A program made the position numbers and the translations under genes. Of a stretch of DNA of 64,000 bases, positions 1-9,314 are shown in pieces; position 1 is the stretch's first letter, and every line of letters starts with the position of its first letter. The DNA comes from an uncultured Phycisphaeraceae bacterium. GTDB lineage: Bacteria; Planctomycetota; Phycisphaerae; UBA1845. The notes beneath the pieces are model-generated. The model was not told where the DNA came from. It was given only the letters and a program-made list of their open reading frames with translations, and made no database searches. The stretch is from the NCBI GenBank assembly GCA_964495075.1, contig CAZBUJ010000004.1:13755-77754 (forward strand), in the 5' to 3' direction.

Positions 1-336
1 CCGCTGTCACAGCCGGAGAGCCGGGCCCTCGATGCCGCGCTCGACCGCTACCGGCCCGACCGCGTCGTTTCGATCCACCAGCCCCTCGAATGCATCGACT
101 ATGACGGTCCTGCCCGGGCGCTGGCGGAAGCGATGGGGGCATGGACCGATCTTCCGGTCAAGAAACTGGGCAGCCGACCCGGCTCGCTCGGCTCGTACGT
201 CGGGGAGACGAGAGGTGTCCCCATCATCACGCTCGAACTGCCCGGGTCCGCCACGGGCATGAGTGATTGGCAACTGTGGAGGCGGTACGGGAAGTGTCTG
301 CTGGCCGCCATCTGCTATCCGGAATCCATCGACTGA
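1..336 (+). CDS. M14-type zinc carboxypeptidase / murein-peptide amidase (MpaA-like), C-terminal fragment (5' end outside window)
   Basis: Frame 1 is open from the window edge to the stop at 334-336; the track lists it only from internal Met 133. The translation ...RPDRVVSIHQPLECIDYDG...GSRPGSLGSYVGETRGVPIITLELP resembles the C-terminal core of M14/succinylglutamate-desuccinylase-fold peptidases (motif recall only). Confidence 0.55.
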   Translation, partial: PLSQPESRALDAALDRYRPDRVVSIHQPLECIDYDGPARALAEAMGAWTDLPVKKLGSRPGSLGSYVGETRGVPIITLELPGSATGMSDWQLWRRYGKCLLAAICYPESID

Positions 337-374
337 CGGGGCGAATCGACCTTCCTTTTCGGAGTACCCAATCG

Positions 375-2063
375 ATGTTCAGGCCACACAGCGGCAACGC
401 TCCACCGGGGTGGGCCTCGCGGTTGGTCGCCGCGGCGCTGACCCTGGTCCTCGTTCTGCCGGGGATGGCATCGTTCGCGGCCGATCCGGCCGGGGCGGAC
501 CACGACCAGGTCGTCGCCGAAGCCGCCGCCACGGCCGCTGGATGGGTGGCGAAGCCCGCGTCGGTCGAACGCATCGACGCGTACCGGCCGGCGGCTGACA
601 TCACCTATCGTGTCTACAACGCGCCGAAGCCCCTGCGGGTCTGGATCGCCCGAATCGACTTGACCGCCCCGGGCGTGCGGGCGACGGTCACCGAGCCGCA
701 CACCTTCACCGGCGAGGACGCCCAGTTCGAGACCCGCTGCGCCGACACGCTGCAGTTTGCCCGCCAGCGCGGTGTTCAGCTCGCCATCAATACGAGCGCG
801 TTCGGCCCGTTCCGCCCACGCATGGGGATGCCGATGAACGTTGTCGGGCTGGCAGCCACGCGGGGTGTTGTCTACTCGGCGCCGGATGAGCGATTCGGGG
901 CCATGTATCTCGGCCGCTCCGGCCGCGTAGCGTTGAAAGGCCCGCCGCTGGACGACGACGACGTGTGGTGCGTGGTCCCGGGGTTCCGGACGCTCGTTGA
1001 TGACGGGAAGGTCGTGGTGACCGCGGAGGTCGCGCGGTCCGAGTTCGGCGATGTGAATCCGCGCACCGCGGTGGGGGTCGACCGGAAGGGGGAAACGCTG
1101 TGGATCGTTGTTGTGGACGGCCGGCAGACGGGCGTCAGCGCGGGCATCACGCTGGTCGAGCTGGCCAGCCTTTTTCTGTCACTCGGCGCGTGGGACGCGC
1201 TGAACCTCGACGGGGGCGGCTCGAGCACGTTTGTGCTGGAGGATCAGGCGTCCCGTCACTTCGTCGTGAACCGGCCGGTCGGACGTGGCAAGCCCCAGAC
1301 GTTGCGCCAGGTGGCCAACAACCTGGGCTTCTATTTGCCGGGGACGCCACCGGCGGTTCAATCCGGCGCCGACGATTCGCTGCGCGACGCGGTCATCCGG
1401 CTGGCGGCGTCGCGGCGGGGCGGCGGGTACCAATGGAAAGGCGATGGGGTGTCGAAAGACATCGTCTACGCCGGCCGGCCGTACCTGCGAGCCAACCCGG
1501 AAGGGACGTTCTGTTGCGGGGCGACGCTCGAACTGTTTCTCGACGCGTACTGCCAGCGGCGGCTCGGGCACGACAGTTCGAAGGCAACAGGGCAGTGGTT
1601 CGAGGATTGGCCGTGGGAGAAGATGACCGCCCTGAAGCAAGGCTGGTGGGGCACGGGTGACGCGCCGGCCAACCCGCTCTTCCCCGCGGACGTACGCCAG
1701 ACCATTCGTGAGAAGCAGGTTTGCCATGCGCTGACCTGGGCGGGCTTCGGTGAGCCGGTGTCGGACTACCGCTTGCTCCAGCGGGGTGATTTCGCGATGT
1801 TCTGGCGCAAGAGCGGCAGCGGGCATTCGGTCGTGTTCTGGGGTCGCGACCGCGACGAGGCCGGCCGCGAACGATTGTGGTACTGGTCCAGCCAACCGAA
1901 GCCGCGGTACGCCTACCCGCTGAAGCCAGGCGGCGAGCCGGTCAAGACGCCGGGCTACGGCATCAACTGGGAGTCCATCGGCGAGGACATCGACCCGGCC
2001 CGGATCTACGGCGTTCGCCCGGTCGAGCCGGCGTCGGAGGTAGCCGGGCCGACCGCCGGTTGA
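375..2063 (+). CDS. Secreted phosphodiester glycosidase (NAGPA/DUF2233-like) fused to a C-terminal divergent NlpC/P60-like Cys/His domain
   Basis: Start chosen at Met 375, where the signal peptide MFRPHSGN...LTLVLVLPGMASFAADP begins. The central segment NPRTAVGVDRKGETLWIVVVDGRQ...ITLVELASLFLSLGAWDALNLDGGGSSTF is typical of the phosphodiester glycosidase family. The C-terminus has FCCGATLELF and then GDFAMFWRKSGSGHSVVFWG. Confidence 0.7.
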   Translation: MFRPHSGNAPPGWASRLVAAALTLVLVLPGMASFAADPAGADHDQVVAEAAATAAGWVAKPASVERIDAYRPAADITYRVYNAPKPLRVWIARIDLTAPGVRATVTEPHTFTGEDAQFETRCADTLQFARQRGVQLAINTSAFGPFRPRMGMPMNVVGLAATRGVVYSAPDERFGAMYLGRSGRVALKGPPLDDDDVWCVVPGFRTLVDDGKVVVTAEVARSEFGDVNPRTAVGVDRKGETLWIVVVDGRQTGVSAGITLVELASLFLSLGAWDALNLDGGGSSTFVLEDQASRHFVVNRPVGRGKPQTLRQVANNLGFYLPGTPPAVQSGADDSLRDAVIRLAASRRGGGYQWKGDGVSKDIVYAGRPYLRANPEGTFCCGATLELFLDAYCQRRLGHDSSKATGQWFEDWPWEKMTALKQGWWGTGDAPANPLFPADVRQTIREKQVCHALTWAGFGEPVSDYRLLQRGDFAMFWRKSGSGHSVVFWGRDRDEAGRERLWYWSSQPKPRYAYPLKPGGEPVKTPGYGINWESIGEDIDPARIYGVRPVEPASEVAGPTAG

Positions 2064-2305
2064 GGCGACCGGATGCGGCGCGGGCCGGGTCAGCATCTCG
2101 TTGGTCATCTTCGCCCAGATCGTTGACGCCGTTCTCGAGAACGATGCAGCCGCAATGGCCGTTGAATGCCGAGCCGTCCAGCCGGTGGAGAACAACCGCG
2201 ATTTCGGGTAGGGTGCGACGCACGCCGGGCGGCCCGCAGGGTGCACGGGGCCCACCGCCGTGGGCGTGCAACGGGCCTCGTGCGTGACGGCGAGCAGCAT
2301 CTTCC

Positions 2306-4171
2306 ATGAACGACGATCCAGTCAGAGACCCGATCCTGCTGCCGCCGCCTCAGCATCTTGCGGTGGCGAACGACGCATTCGTGGCCGATGCCCGAACGAG
2401 CGTCGCCGCCCCCGACGACCTCGAGCCGCCGGAACGAGCCGCGCTGGACGCACTGCGCCGGTTGCTGGCCCGCATCGGGGACGCGGGCCGGGCGAAAGGC
2501 GACCGGGCCATTGCCGTCGCGGTCGACCCGAGAGCCGCCTGGCCAACCGCGGCCACCGACAGCTACCGGCTGGAAATCACGCCGCGTCGCGTGGAACTGA
2601 TCGGACGCTCCGCAGCCGGACTGTTCCACGGTCTTCAGACCGTTATGCAGATCGGTGAATCGTGCGGGTCCCGTTGGCCGTGCCTGCGCATCGAGGACTA
2701 CCCCGACTTCGCGGTGCGCGGCTTCTACCATGATGTCTCGCGAGGCAAGGTGCCGACCGTAGCCACGGTGAAGCGCATTATTGACTGGCTGGCCCGTCTG
2801 AAGGCCAACCAGTTCCAGCTCTACGTGGAACACGTCTTCGACTTCGCGTTCGATCCGGAGATCGGGCGTGGCTCATCGCCGCTGACGGCGGACGAGATCC
2901 GCGAGATCGACGCGTACTGCCGCGATCGGCGCATCGACTTCGTACCGTCGTTGGCCTCATTCGGGCACATGGGACGCGTGCTGTCGCTGCCGGCCTACCG
3001 TTCGCTCGCGGAGATCGAATTGCCCCGATCGTGGGAGGACATGACCTGGGCCGAGCGGATGCGTGGCGGCACGCTCGACCCGTGCAACCCGCAATCCCGC
3101 GCGCTGCTCGAACGGATGTATGCGGAGTACCTGCCGCTGTTCACGTCGGAGTTGATGAACGCCTGTGCCGACGAGACGTTCGATCTGGGCAAAGGAAAGA
3201 ACGCCGCCCGAGCGGCCGCGGACGGTACCGGTCGACTCTACCTGGAACACATTCTGTGGCTGCACGAACTCTGCCAGCGCCATGGCCGACAACTGATGAT
3301 CTGGGGTGACGTCGTGACCGAACACCCGGAGCTGGTGTCGGAGATCCCCCAAGACGTCATTCTGCTCAACTGGCACTACTACGCCGACTCGGACTACGAC
3401 AGCACGGCACTGTTCCAGCAGGCCGGTCTTGAAACGTATGTCTGCCCCGGCTGCTCGGGCTGGAATCGCTTCGTCAATGGGATCAACAACGCGGAGCTGA
3501 ACATCAGGCGGTTCGCCGCCGCCGGCGTCAAGTACCGATCAGTGGGGTTACTGAACACGGACTGGGGCGATGAAGGTCATGTCAACCCGCTGGCCTGCTC
3601 CTGGCTCCCCATGGCACTCGGCGCGGCGATGGCCTGGAAGCCGGAGGCGGCGGGTTGGGACGCGTTCAGCCGCGCGTTTGCGTTCTACTGGTTGGGGCAG
3701 CGCGATGACGCCGTCGTTCAGGCCTTGCGCGACGCCGCTCTGGCCGGCGATTCTCTCGACCATTGGCGAGTCTTTTACGCGCCGTTCGAGGCGGCGGGCG
3801 AGCATGAGCGGATGGGCGCCGAACTGGCGGACCATGCCGAACGGTACGGCGAACGGGCGGCCGGGCTGTTCGATGACTTGCGGGATCGTGGCTTCGGCGA
3901 AGCCCTCGATTGTGGTGAGTTGGCCACCGCATGCCGGCTCCTCTCGTTGACCGGGCGGAAAGTCAAACTGGTCGCCGCCCAACAGAACGGCACACTGGGC
4001 GCCGGCGAACTGGCGGACTGGGCGGGCCGCCTGCGCAGCGTTGCCCGCGATTACGAAGCCCTTTGGTCACAACGCAACAAGCAGTCGGACCTCGACCGCC
4101 TGCTTGCCCTGTTCCGGCGGCAGGCGGACGAGGCCGACCGGCTCGACCCGAACCGGCGGAAGGGGGTATAG
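2306..4171 (+). CDS. Glycoside hydrolase family 20 beta-N-acetylhexosaminidase (no signal peptide, probably cytoplasmic)
   Basis: RIEDYPDFAVRGFYHDVSRGKVPT...LKANQFQLYVEH marks the GH20 N-terminal/catalytic junction. An Asp-Glu pair occurs in NACADETFDLG. The ORF is 621 aa. Confidence 0.85.
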   Translation: MNDDPVRDPILLPPPQHLAVANDAFVADARTSVAAPDDLEPPERAALDALRRLLARIGDAGRAKGDRAIAVAVDPRAAWPTAATDSYRLEITPRRVELIGRSAAGLFHGLQTVMQIGESCGSRWPCLRIEDYPDFAVRGFYHDVSRGKVPTVATVKRIIDWLARLKANQFQLYVEHVFDFAFDPEIGRGSSPLTADEIREIDAYCRDRRIDFVPSLASFGHMGRVLSLPAYRSLAEIELPRSWEDMTWAERMRGGTLDPCNPQSRALLERMYAEYLPLFTSELMNACADETFDLGKGKNAARAAADGTGRLYLEHILWLHELCQRHGRQLMIWGDVVTEHPELVSEIPQDVILLNWHYYADSDYDSTALFQQAGLETYVCPGCSGWNRFVNGINNAELNIRRFAAAGVKYRSVGLLNTDWGDEGHVNPLACSWLPMALGAAMAWKPEAAGWDAFSRAFAFYWLGQRDDAVVQALRDAALAGDSLDHWRVFYAPFEAAGEHERMGAELADHAERYGERAAGLFDDLRDRGFGEALDCGELATACRLLSLTGRKVKLVAAQQNGTLGAGELADWAGRLRSVARDYEALWSQRNKQSDLDRLLALFRRQADEADRLDPNRRKGV

Positions 4172-4172
4172 C

Positions 4173-5450
4173 GTGCCGGTCGACGTCGCCACGGAAGCTA
4201 CGCCGCTCATTACCGAGCCGGCCAGCCTGTTCGCGTTTCTGGCATCCATCGTGGCGGTGGTTTTCGGACTGGCCAGGCTCGAAGCCTTGAAGCCGCTGTT
4301 CCGCTACTGCCCGCCCCTCGTGTGGACGTATTTCATTCCGATGATCTGCACTTCACTGGGCGTGATCCCGCGCAGCTCATCGCTCTACTCGGTGTTCATG
4401 GGCGACGTCGTGCTTCCGATGCTGTTGGTCCTGCTGCTGGTGCCGACCGACACGCGGTCGGTGGCCCGGCTCGGGCCCAAGGCGATTGCCATGATGCTCA
4501 TCGGGACCTGCGGAATCGTGGCGGGGGCGGTCGTGAGTTTTGCGTTGATCGTCTGGCTGCGGCCCGCGGGGACCCTCCCGGACGGGTTGTGGAGGGGCGT
4601 GGCCGCCCTCGCCGGCTCCTGGATCGGTGGAAGCCCCAACATGTACGCCGTGGCCGGCAGCGTGGGCACGGATCCGACGCTCCTGGGCAAGCTGATCATC
4701 GTCGACACCGTGTGTGCCTACTCGTGGCTCGGCGTGCTGGTAGCGATGACCAACATCGAACAGCGCATCGATCGATTCACCGGTGGGGACAACCGGATTG
4801 TCGAGGCCCTGGCGGTGAACCTGTCGAAACGGCACGCGGAACGCCGCCGCCCGATTCAGTTATTCGATTTTGCCTTGATGATCGCGTTGGCCCTGGTCGT
4901 CAGCCAGATCTGCCTGGCCGGCGGCGAGTCCATCGGCGGTTGCGTGGCGTCGGCGGAAGCGGCGAGCGGCTTCTGGGCCAAGATCCACTTGAGCCAGGTG
5001 CTCAGCGGTTTCGGCTGGGGTGTGCTCCTCATCACCGGGGTCAGTGTGGTGTTGTCACTGACCCCCGCCCGCAACATCGATGACGCCGGCGCCACGCCGA
5101 TCGGATACGTGGGGCTCTACTTCCTGCTCACGACGTTTGGTGCACGGGCCGATCTGCGACAGATCAGCGCGGAAGACGCCTGGCTCTTCGCCATGGGGCT
5201 GATCTGGATCCTCATTCACGTCGGGGTGCTGCTGGTGGGGCTGCGGCTGTTGCGGGCGCCGCTCTTCCTGGGTGCGACCGCCTCCATGGCGAACATCGGC
5301 GGCACGGCGTCGGCGCCGGTGGTGGCCGCCGCTTTTCACCCCAGCCTGGCCCCGGTGGGCCTGGTGATGGCCATCCTGGGCGGCGTGATCGGGACGCCGA
5401 TCGCGTTGCTGGTGATCGGCAAGATCTGCGCGTTGATCGCCGGCGCATGA
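4173..5450 (+). CDS. DUF819-family polytopic membrane protein
   Basis: The upstream part of track ORF 4041..5450 overlaps the GH20 3' end. GTG at 4173 follows AAGGGGG (4160-4166) and lies 1 nt after the GH20 stop. The protein is multi-TM, with GSWIGGSPNM and MANIGGTASAPVVAA motifs as remembered for DUF819. Confidence 0.7.
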   Translation: MPVDVATEATPLITEPASLFAFLASIVAVVFGLARLEALKPLFRYCPPLVWTYFIPMICTSLGVIPRSSSLYSVFMGDVVLPMLLVLLLVPTDTRSVARLGPKAIAMMLIGTCGIVAGAVVSFALIVWLRPAGTLPDGLWRGVAALAGSWIGGSPNMYAVAGSVGTDPTLLGKLIIVDTVCAYSWLGVLVAMTNIEQRIDRFTGGDNRIVEALAVNLSKRHAERRRPIQLFDFALMIALALVVSQICLAGGESIGGCVASAEAASGFWAKIHLSQVLSGFGWGVLLITGVSVVLSLTPARNIDDAGATPIGYVGLYFLLTTFGARADLRQISAEDAWLFAMGLIWILIHVGVLLVGLRLLRAPLFLGATASMANIGGTASAPVVAAAFHPSLAPVGLVMAILGGVIGTPIALLVIGKICALIAGA

Positions 5451-5627
5451 CGGCGCCCCTGGCAAGCCGTGCGCGGGCACGCGGCCAGGACCCTTCCCTT
5501 CGGACAGGGCATGCGGTATGGTTTGGGCGAGACGTCCGGCGATGGCATGCGTGGCGCGTCGTGGCCATTCAGGGCGCCCGTCTTTCGCCTGCGTAGACCT
5601 GCTCATCCATCCTCTCGAGGTGCGGTC

Positions 5628-7364
5628 ATGCACACGCTGCTTCAAACGACGAGCGGAATCGAGTCGCCCATGGGGGTGCTGGATTGGGCGCTCATCGCTG
5701 CGTTTCTCCTGGGTACGACGGTGGTGGCGTTCCTGACAAAGGGACGCCAGGCGACGCTGCGCGACTTCTTCCTGAGCGACCGGAACCTGCCATGGACGGT
5801 CGTCTGCATGTCGCTGATCGCCACCGAGATCAGCGCCGCAGGGTTTATCGGTGTACCGTACAACGCGTTTCGCACCGGTGGTTCACTGGTGTATGTCCAG
5901 TTGGCCGCCGGGGCCATCTTCGCCCGCTTCATCGTCGCCCATTACTTCGTGCCGGCATTCTATGAGCGCGAAACGTACAGCCCGTACCAGTTCGTCGGTC
6001 ACACCATGGGAACTGGGGCCGAGCGCATGACGAGCCTGCTGTTCATGGTGGGCGCGCTGCTCGGTCAGGGTGTGCGCGTCTTCGTGATTGCGGAGATCCT
6101 GCACGTGGTGGCCGGGGTGGACGTCTTCTCGGCCATCATGGGCATCGGATTGTTTGCGGCGCTCTGGGGCCTGATCGGCGGCATCCGCACCGTGGTATGG
6201 ACCGATGTCGTGCAATTCATCGTGATTACCGTCGCCCTGCTCGCCGCCGCCGTCTATCTGGTGATCGGATGCGATGGTCTCGGCTCGATCCTCTCGCTCG
6301 CCTCGGAGACGCAGAAACTCCACGTGTTCGACTTCCGCTTCGACCTGGCCCTGCAGTTCACGATCTGGACCGGCCTGTTCGGCGCGACCTTCAACACGAT
6401 GGCCTCGCACGGCGCCGATCAGATGAGCGCACAGCGCATGTTCTGCTGTCGCGGCGCGAACGATGCGAAAAAGGCGATGATCTGGAGCAGCTTGAGCCAG
6501 GTGCTGGTGCTGTTGATGCTGTTCATCGGGCTCGGCCTGTTCGCCTACCCGCGTCAGCACATTTTCCAGGTCTACAACGTCGACAACTCGTGGGTGTTCC
6601 CGCTCTTCATCGCCCAGGTGATGCCGGCCGGGATCAAAGGGCTGCTCATCATCGGGCTGATGGCCGCGGCGATCTCGAGCCTCAGTTCGGCCGTCACCGC
6701 CCTCGCCCAGACCACGGTCAGTTCCTTCCTGCTGAACCGCCGCCGCAAGGAGTTCACCGACGAACCCGCTCGCTTGCGCGTTTCGCGATTGTTCGTGTTA
6801 TTCTGGGGTCTGTTCCTTTGCGGCATGGCGATTTTCTTCCAGGACATCCGCGTGTACGAGGACCTGCTGACCCTGGCCCAGCAGACGACCAGCTTCACCT
6901 ACGGCGCGCTGCTTGGCGCGTTGCTGGTGGCGTTTCTGCCGTACCGGCGGGACGGGCGCGGGATCCTGTTCGGGGCGCCCTACGCCGTGTTGGCCGCGTT
7001 CGGCCTTCGATTCTCCGAACCGTGGACCCACTGGGTCGTGGTCTCCGGCGTGCTCGCCCTGTTCATCTGCTGGTGCTTCGCGCTGATCCGGGAGGCGGAC
7101 GACATTCTCCGCGTCGGTGATCATGATCAGTATGTGCGCCGGGCGTGGTACATCCTGCTGGCTGAATTCCCGCGAACGATCTGGATCCTCATCGCCAGTG
7201 CCGGGGTGCTCACCGTCCACTTCGTGGCGGTGGACCTGGACTACATGGGCGTGATGGGCCGGGACATCGCCTGGCCGTGGTATCTGCCGGCCGGAATCGG
7301 GAGCACGGTCTTGCTCAGTTACCTGCTCAGCCGCCCGACGGCATTGCGCGAGCACGGTACGTGA
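5628..7364 (+). CDS. Sodium:solute symporter (SSS) family transporter with extra C-terminal TM segments
   Basis: LRDFFLSDRNLPWTVVCMSLIATEISAAGFIGVPYNAF is the SSS N-terminal signature. There are more than 13 hydrophobic segments. Start set at Met 5628; the upstream extension is Arg/Gly-rich. Confidence 0.85.
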   Translation: MHTLLQTTSGIESPMGVLDWALIAAFLLGTTVVAFLTKGRQATLRDFFLSDRNLPWTVVCMSLIATEISAAGFIGVPYNAFRTGGSLVYVQLAAGAIFARFIVAHYFVPAFYERETYSPYQFVGHTMGTGAERMTSLLFMVGALLGQGVRVFVIAEILHVVAGVDVFSAIMGIGLFAALWGLIGGIRTVVWTDVVQFIVITVALLAAAVYLVIGCDGLGSILSLASETQKLHVFDFRFDLALQFTIWTGLFGATFNTMASHGADQMSAQRMFCCRGANDAKKAMIWSSLSQVLVLLMLFIGLGLFAYPRQHIFQVYNVDNSWVFPLFIAQVMPAGIKGLLIIGLMAAAISSLSSAVTALAQTTVSSFLLNRRRKEFTDEPARLRVSRLFVLFWGLFLCGMAIFFQDIRVYEDLLTLAQQTTSFTYGALLGALLVAFLPYRRDGRGILFGAPYAVLAAFGLRFSEPWTHWVVVSGVLALFICWCFALIREADDILRVGDHDQYVRRAWYILLAEFPRTIWILIASAGVLTVHFVAVDLDYMGVMGRDIAWPWYLPAGIGSTVLLSYLLSRPTALREHGT

Positions 7365-7785
7365 CCCGTCGTGAAGCCGTCCCCGAGGACCGCCAATGAC
7401 CCTGTTCAATCGCCGGTGACCGAGCGACGCCGGTCTCGGTGGATCGCCGTGTTGCCGTGACGGTGATCGCGGTCACGCGGTGGCGTTGCAGTATCACTGC
7501 AAAGCCGCCGCGGTTGCCTGTCCGAGCAACGCAACCGTTAAAGCTGGGAGACGGCACCCGGTTTTTCTTGCGATCCTGTGCCCGATAGCGGTACACTAAT
7601 TAAAGGGGTAGGAGGAAGGGAGAAGCGGCCCCTCTCATGACGCTGCTCGTGCGGACGCCGCGGCGTCAGGTCGCTCACAAAGTGACGGTTCGAACGATTG
7701 TCGTGTGCTGCGCACGGGCAAGTTGTGTCTGCGCTCGCGCGAATCGATGGCCCGTCGGCTCTCAGGCTCTTGGAGGAGGTAGACA

Positions 7786-9102
7786 ATGAAACAGAAACTG
7801 ATTGTGTTAAGTGCGGCCATCGTGGTCGCGACGACGTCTTCGGCGGCGTTTGCGAACGCCTACGCGTCGGGGATCACGCCTTACGGGTCGGACGGTGCGA
7901 GCTTCGTTCTGAACGAGAACGCGGCGTCGGTCGCGCTGGTGCTCGACGGCGGTGGAGGCGGTACCTACGCGCTACCGACCACGCGGGGCGTTCACAGCTT
8001 CAGCCTGTCGGACTTCGGCGTGATGGGCGCGCACTCGTTCTCCATCGAGGTCACCTCGTCCACGGCGCCGGGCTGGACCCAGATCGGCGTGGATGAGATG
8101 TCGACGAGCTTCTACAGCCCACGCGGCATCGCGGTGAACAAGAACGCCAGCAGTTCCCTGTTCGGCAGCGTGTACGTATCCAACGCGGCCGCCGGTTACA
8201 CCGTCTTCGGGCGCGGGTGTCAGGACGGGATCTACACTCTGAACGCGGCCATGCAGGATCTTGGCTTCGCGGACGGCGGTGTGGACTGGTCAGGCAGCTA
8301 CGGCCCGTGGAAGAGCACGGTCGGCCCGGACGATCACCTGTACGTCTGCAACTACAACGATGACACGCTGTACGAGATGAGCGGCGACTTCGCCAGCGCC
8401 GTGCAGATCATCGGTCCGGAGGACAAGTTCGAAGGGCAGTTCGTGTCGTCTGTATGGGTGGACGGTACGCAGGCCGACGGCAACCGGATGGTCTACGCCG
8501 GGTCGTCGAACTACCCGACTTACGGTGTCATCCGCTACGCCCTTGGCAGCGCCGCCGAGGCTGACGGCCCGGGCGAGACGTACATCAGCCCGGACGCGTA
8601 CGGGTTCTATCCGTACGACATCGCCAAGGACAGCGATGGCGACTGGTATTCGATCCAGTATCGCTGGGCCGATGCCCAGGCGCCCAACGCCTCGAAGATC
8701 GACGGCAGCGGCACGGTGCCGCTGGGCGACGACCCGTTGGAGATCCTCTGGGACACGGAGGACCAGACGGGTGGCGGCTACTGCATGGACATCTTTGAGG
8801 AGGCGGGCATCGTCGCGGTCGGCTTCACGGGCGGTGAAACGGTCACCGGCGTGGTGCGGTTTTATGACATGGAGACGGGCGATTTCCTGAGCGAGTTCGA
8901 CCCTGGCATGACGTATGTCCGTGACCTTGCGTTCGACGCGGCCGGCAACCTGTACGTCGGCGACAACAGCACCGAGTGGGTGCGGGTCTTCTCGCCGGGT
9001 GGCGATTTCGAGTTCGCCACCGACGGCTGGTTCGTGATTCCGGAGCCGGCGTCGCTGGTTCTGCTCGCGTTCGGTGCGATGGCCCTGGTGCGCCGTCGCT
9101 AG
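7786..9102 (+). CDS. PEP-CTERM-anchored secreted beta-propeller (NHL-like repeat) protein
   Basis: SD GGAGGAGG precedes the ATG. Signal peptide MKQKLIVLSAAIVVATTSSAAFA. NHL-like strings VRDLAFDAAGNLYVGDN and DHLYVCNYNDDTLYE. The C-terminus IPEPASLVLLAFGAMALVRRR is a PEP-CTERM sorting signal. Confidence 0.8.
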   Translation: MKQKLIVLSAAIVVATTSSAAFANAYASGITPYGSDGASFVLNENAASVALVLDGGGGGTYALPTTRGVHSFSLSDFGVMGAHSFSIEVTSSTAPGWTQIGVDEMSTSFYSPRGIAVNKNASSSLFGSVYVSNAAAGYTVFGRGCQDGIYTLNAAMQDLGFADGGVDWSGSYGPWKSTVGPDDHLYVCNYNDDTLYEMSGDFASAVQIIGPEDKFEGQFVSSVWVDGTQADGNRMVYAGSSNYPTYGVIRYALGSAAEADGPGETYISPDAYGFYPYDIAKDSDGDWYSIQYRWADAQAPNASKIDGSGTVPLGDDPLEILWDTEDQTGGGYCMDIFEEAGIVAVGFTGGETVTGVVRFYDMETGDFLSEFDPGMTYVRDLAFDAAGNLYVGDNSTEWVRVFSPGGDFEFATDGWFVIPEPASLVLLAFGAMALVRRR

Positions 9103-9159
9103 TACCCGCCTTTCGCCCGGCGGGCCAACCCGCCCGGCGAGACACGAATGACGGATGAG

Positions 9160-9192
9160 GCGCCGCCGGCCGCGTGCTGGCGGCGCTTTTTT
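9160..9192 (+). terminator. Rho-independent terminator downstream of the PEP-CTERM gene
   Basis: GCGCCGCC (9160-9167) pairs perfectly with GGCGGCGC (9179-9186) across an 11-nt loop. TTTTTT follows directly (9187-9192). Confidence 0.65.
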
Positions 9193-9314
9193 GCGCCGGG
9201 TGGCCGTGCCATCGCGCCGCGGTGAGGAATCCGTTTGCGCGATTCGGGGCGACGGCGGGCCACCCGTCGTTGAATTGGCCCGCGGACACGTTCCGTCGGC
9301 AGGCCCTGTATTTG

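Noticed and set aside
7684-7700. GGTTCGAAC, resembling a tRNA T-loop.
   Set aside because: The flanking bases do not form a T-stem, and no acceptor or anticodon arms can be drawn.
7637-7789. A 50-codon Cys-rich ORF (MTLLVRTPRRQ...VVCCARASCVCARA...) whose TGA overlaps the ATG of the PEP-CTERM gene.
   Set aside because: Third-position GC is roughly 60%, far below the neighbouring genes. The SD spacing is poor and no motif is recognisable. It is probably non-coding leader.
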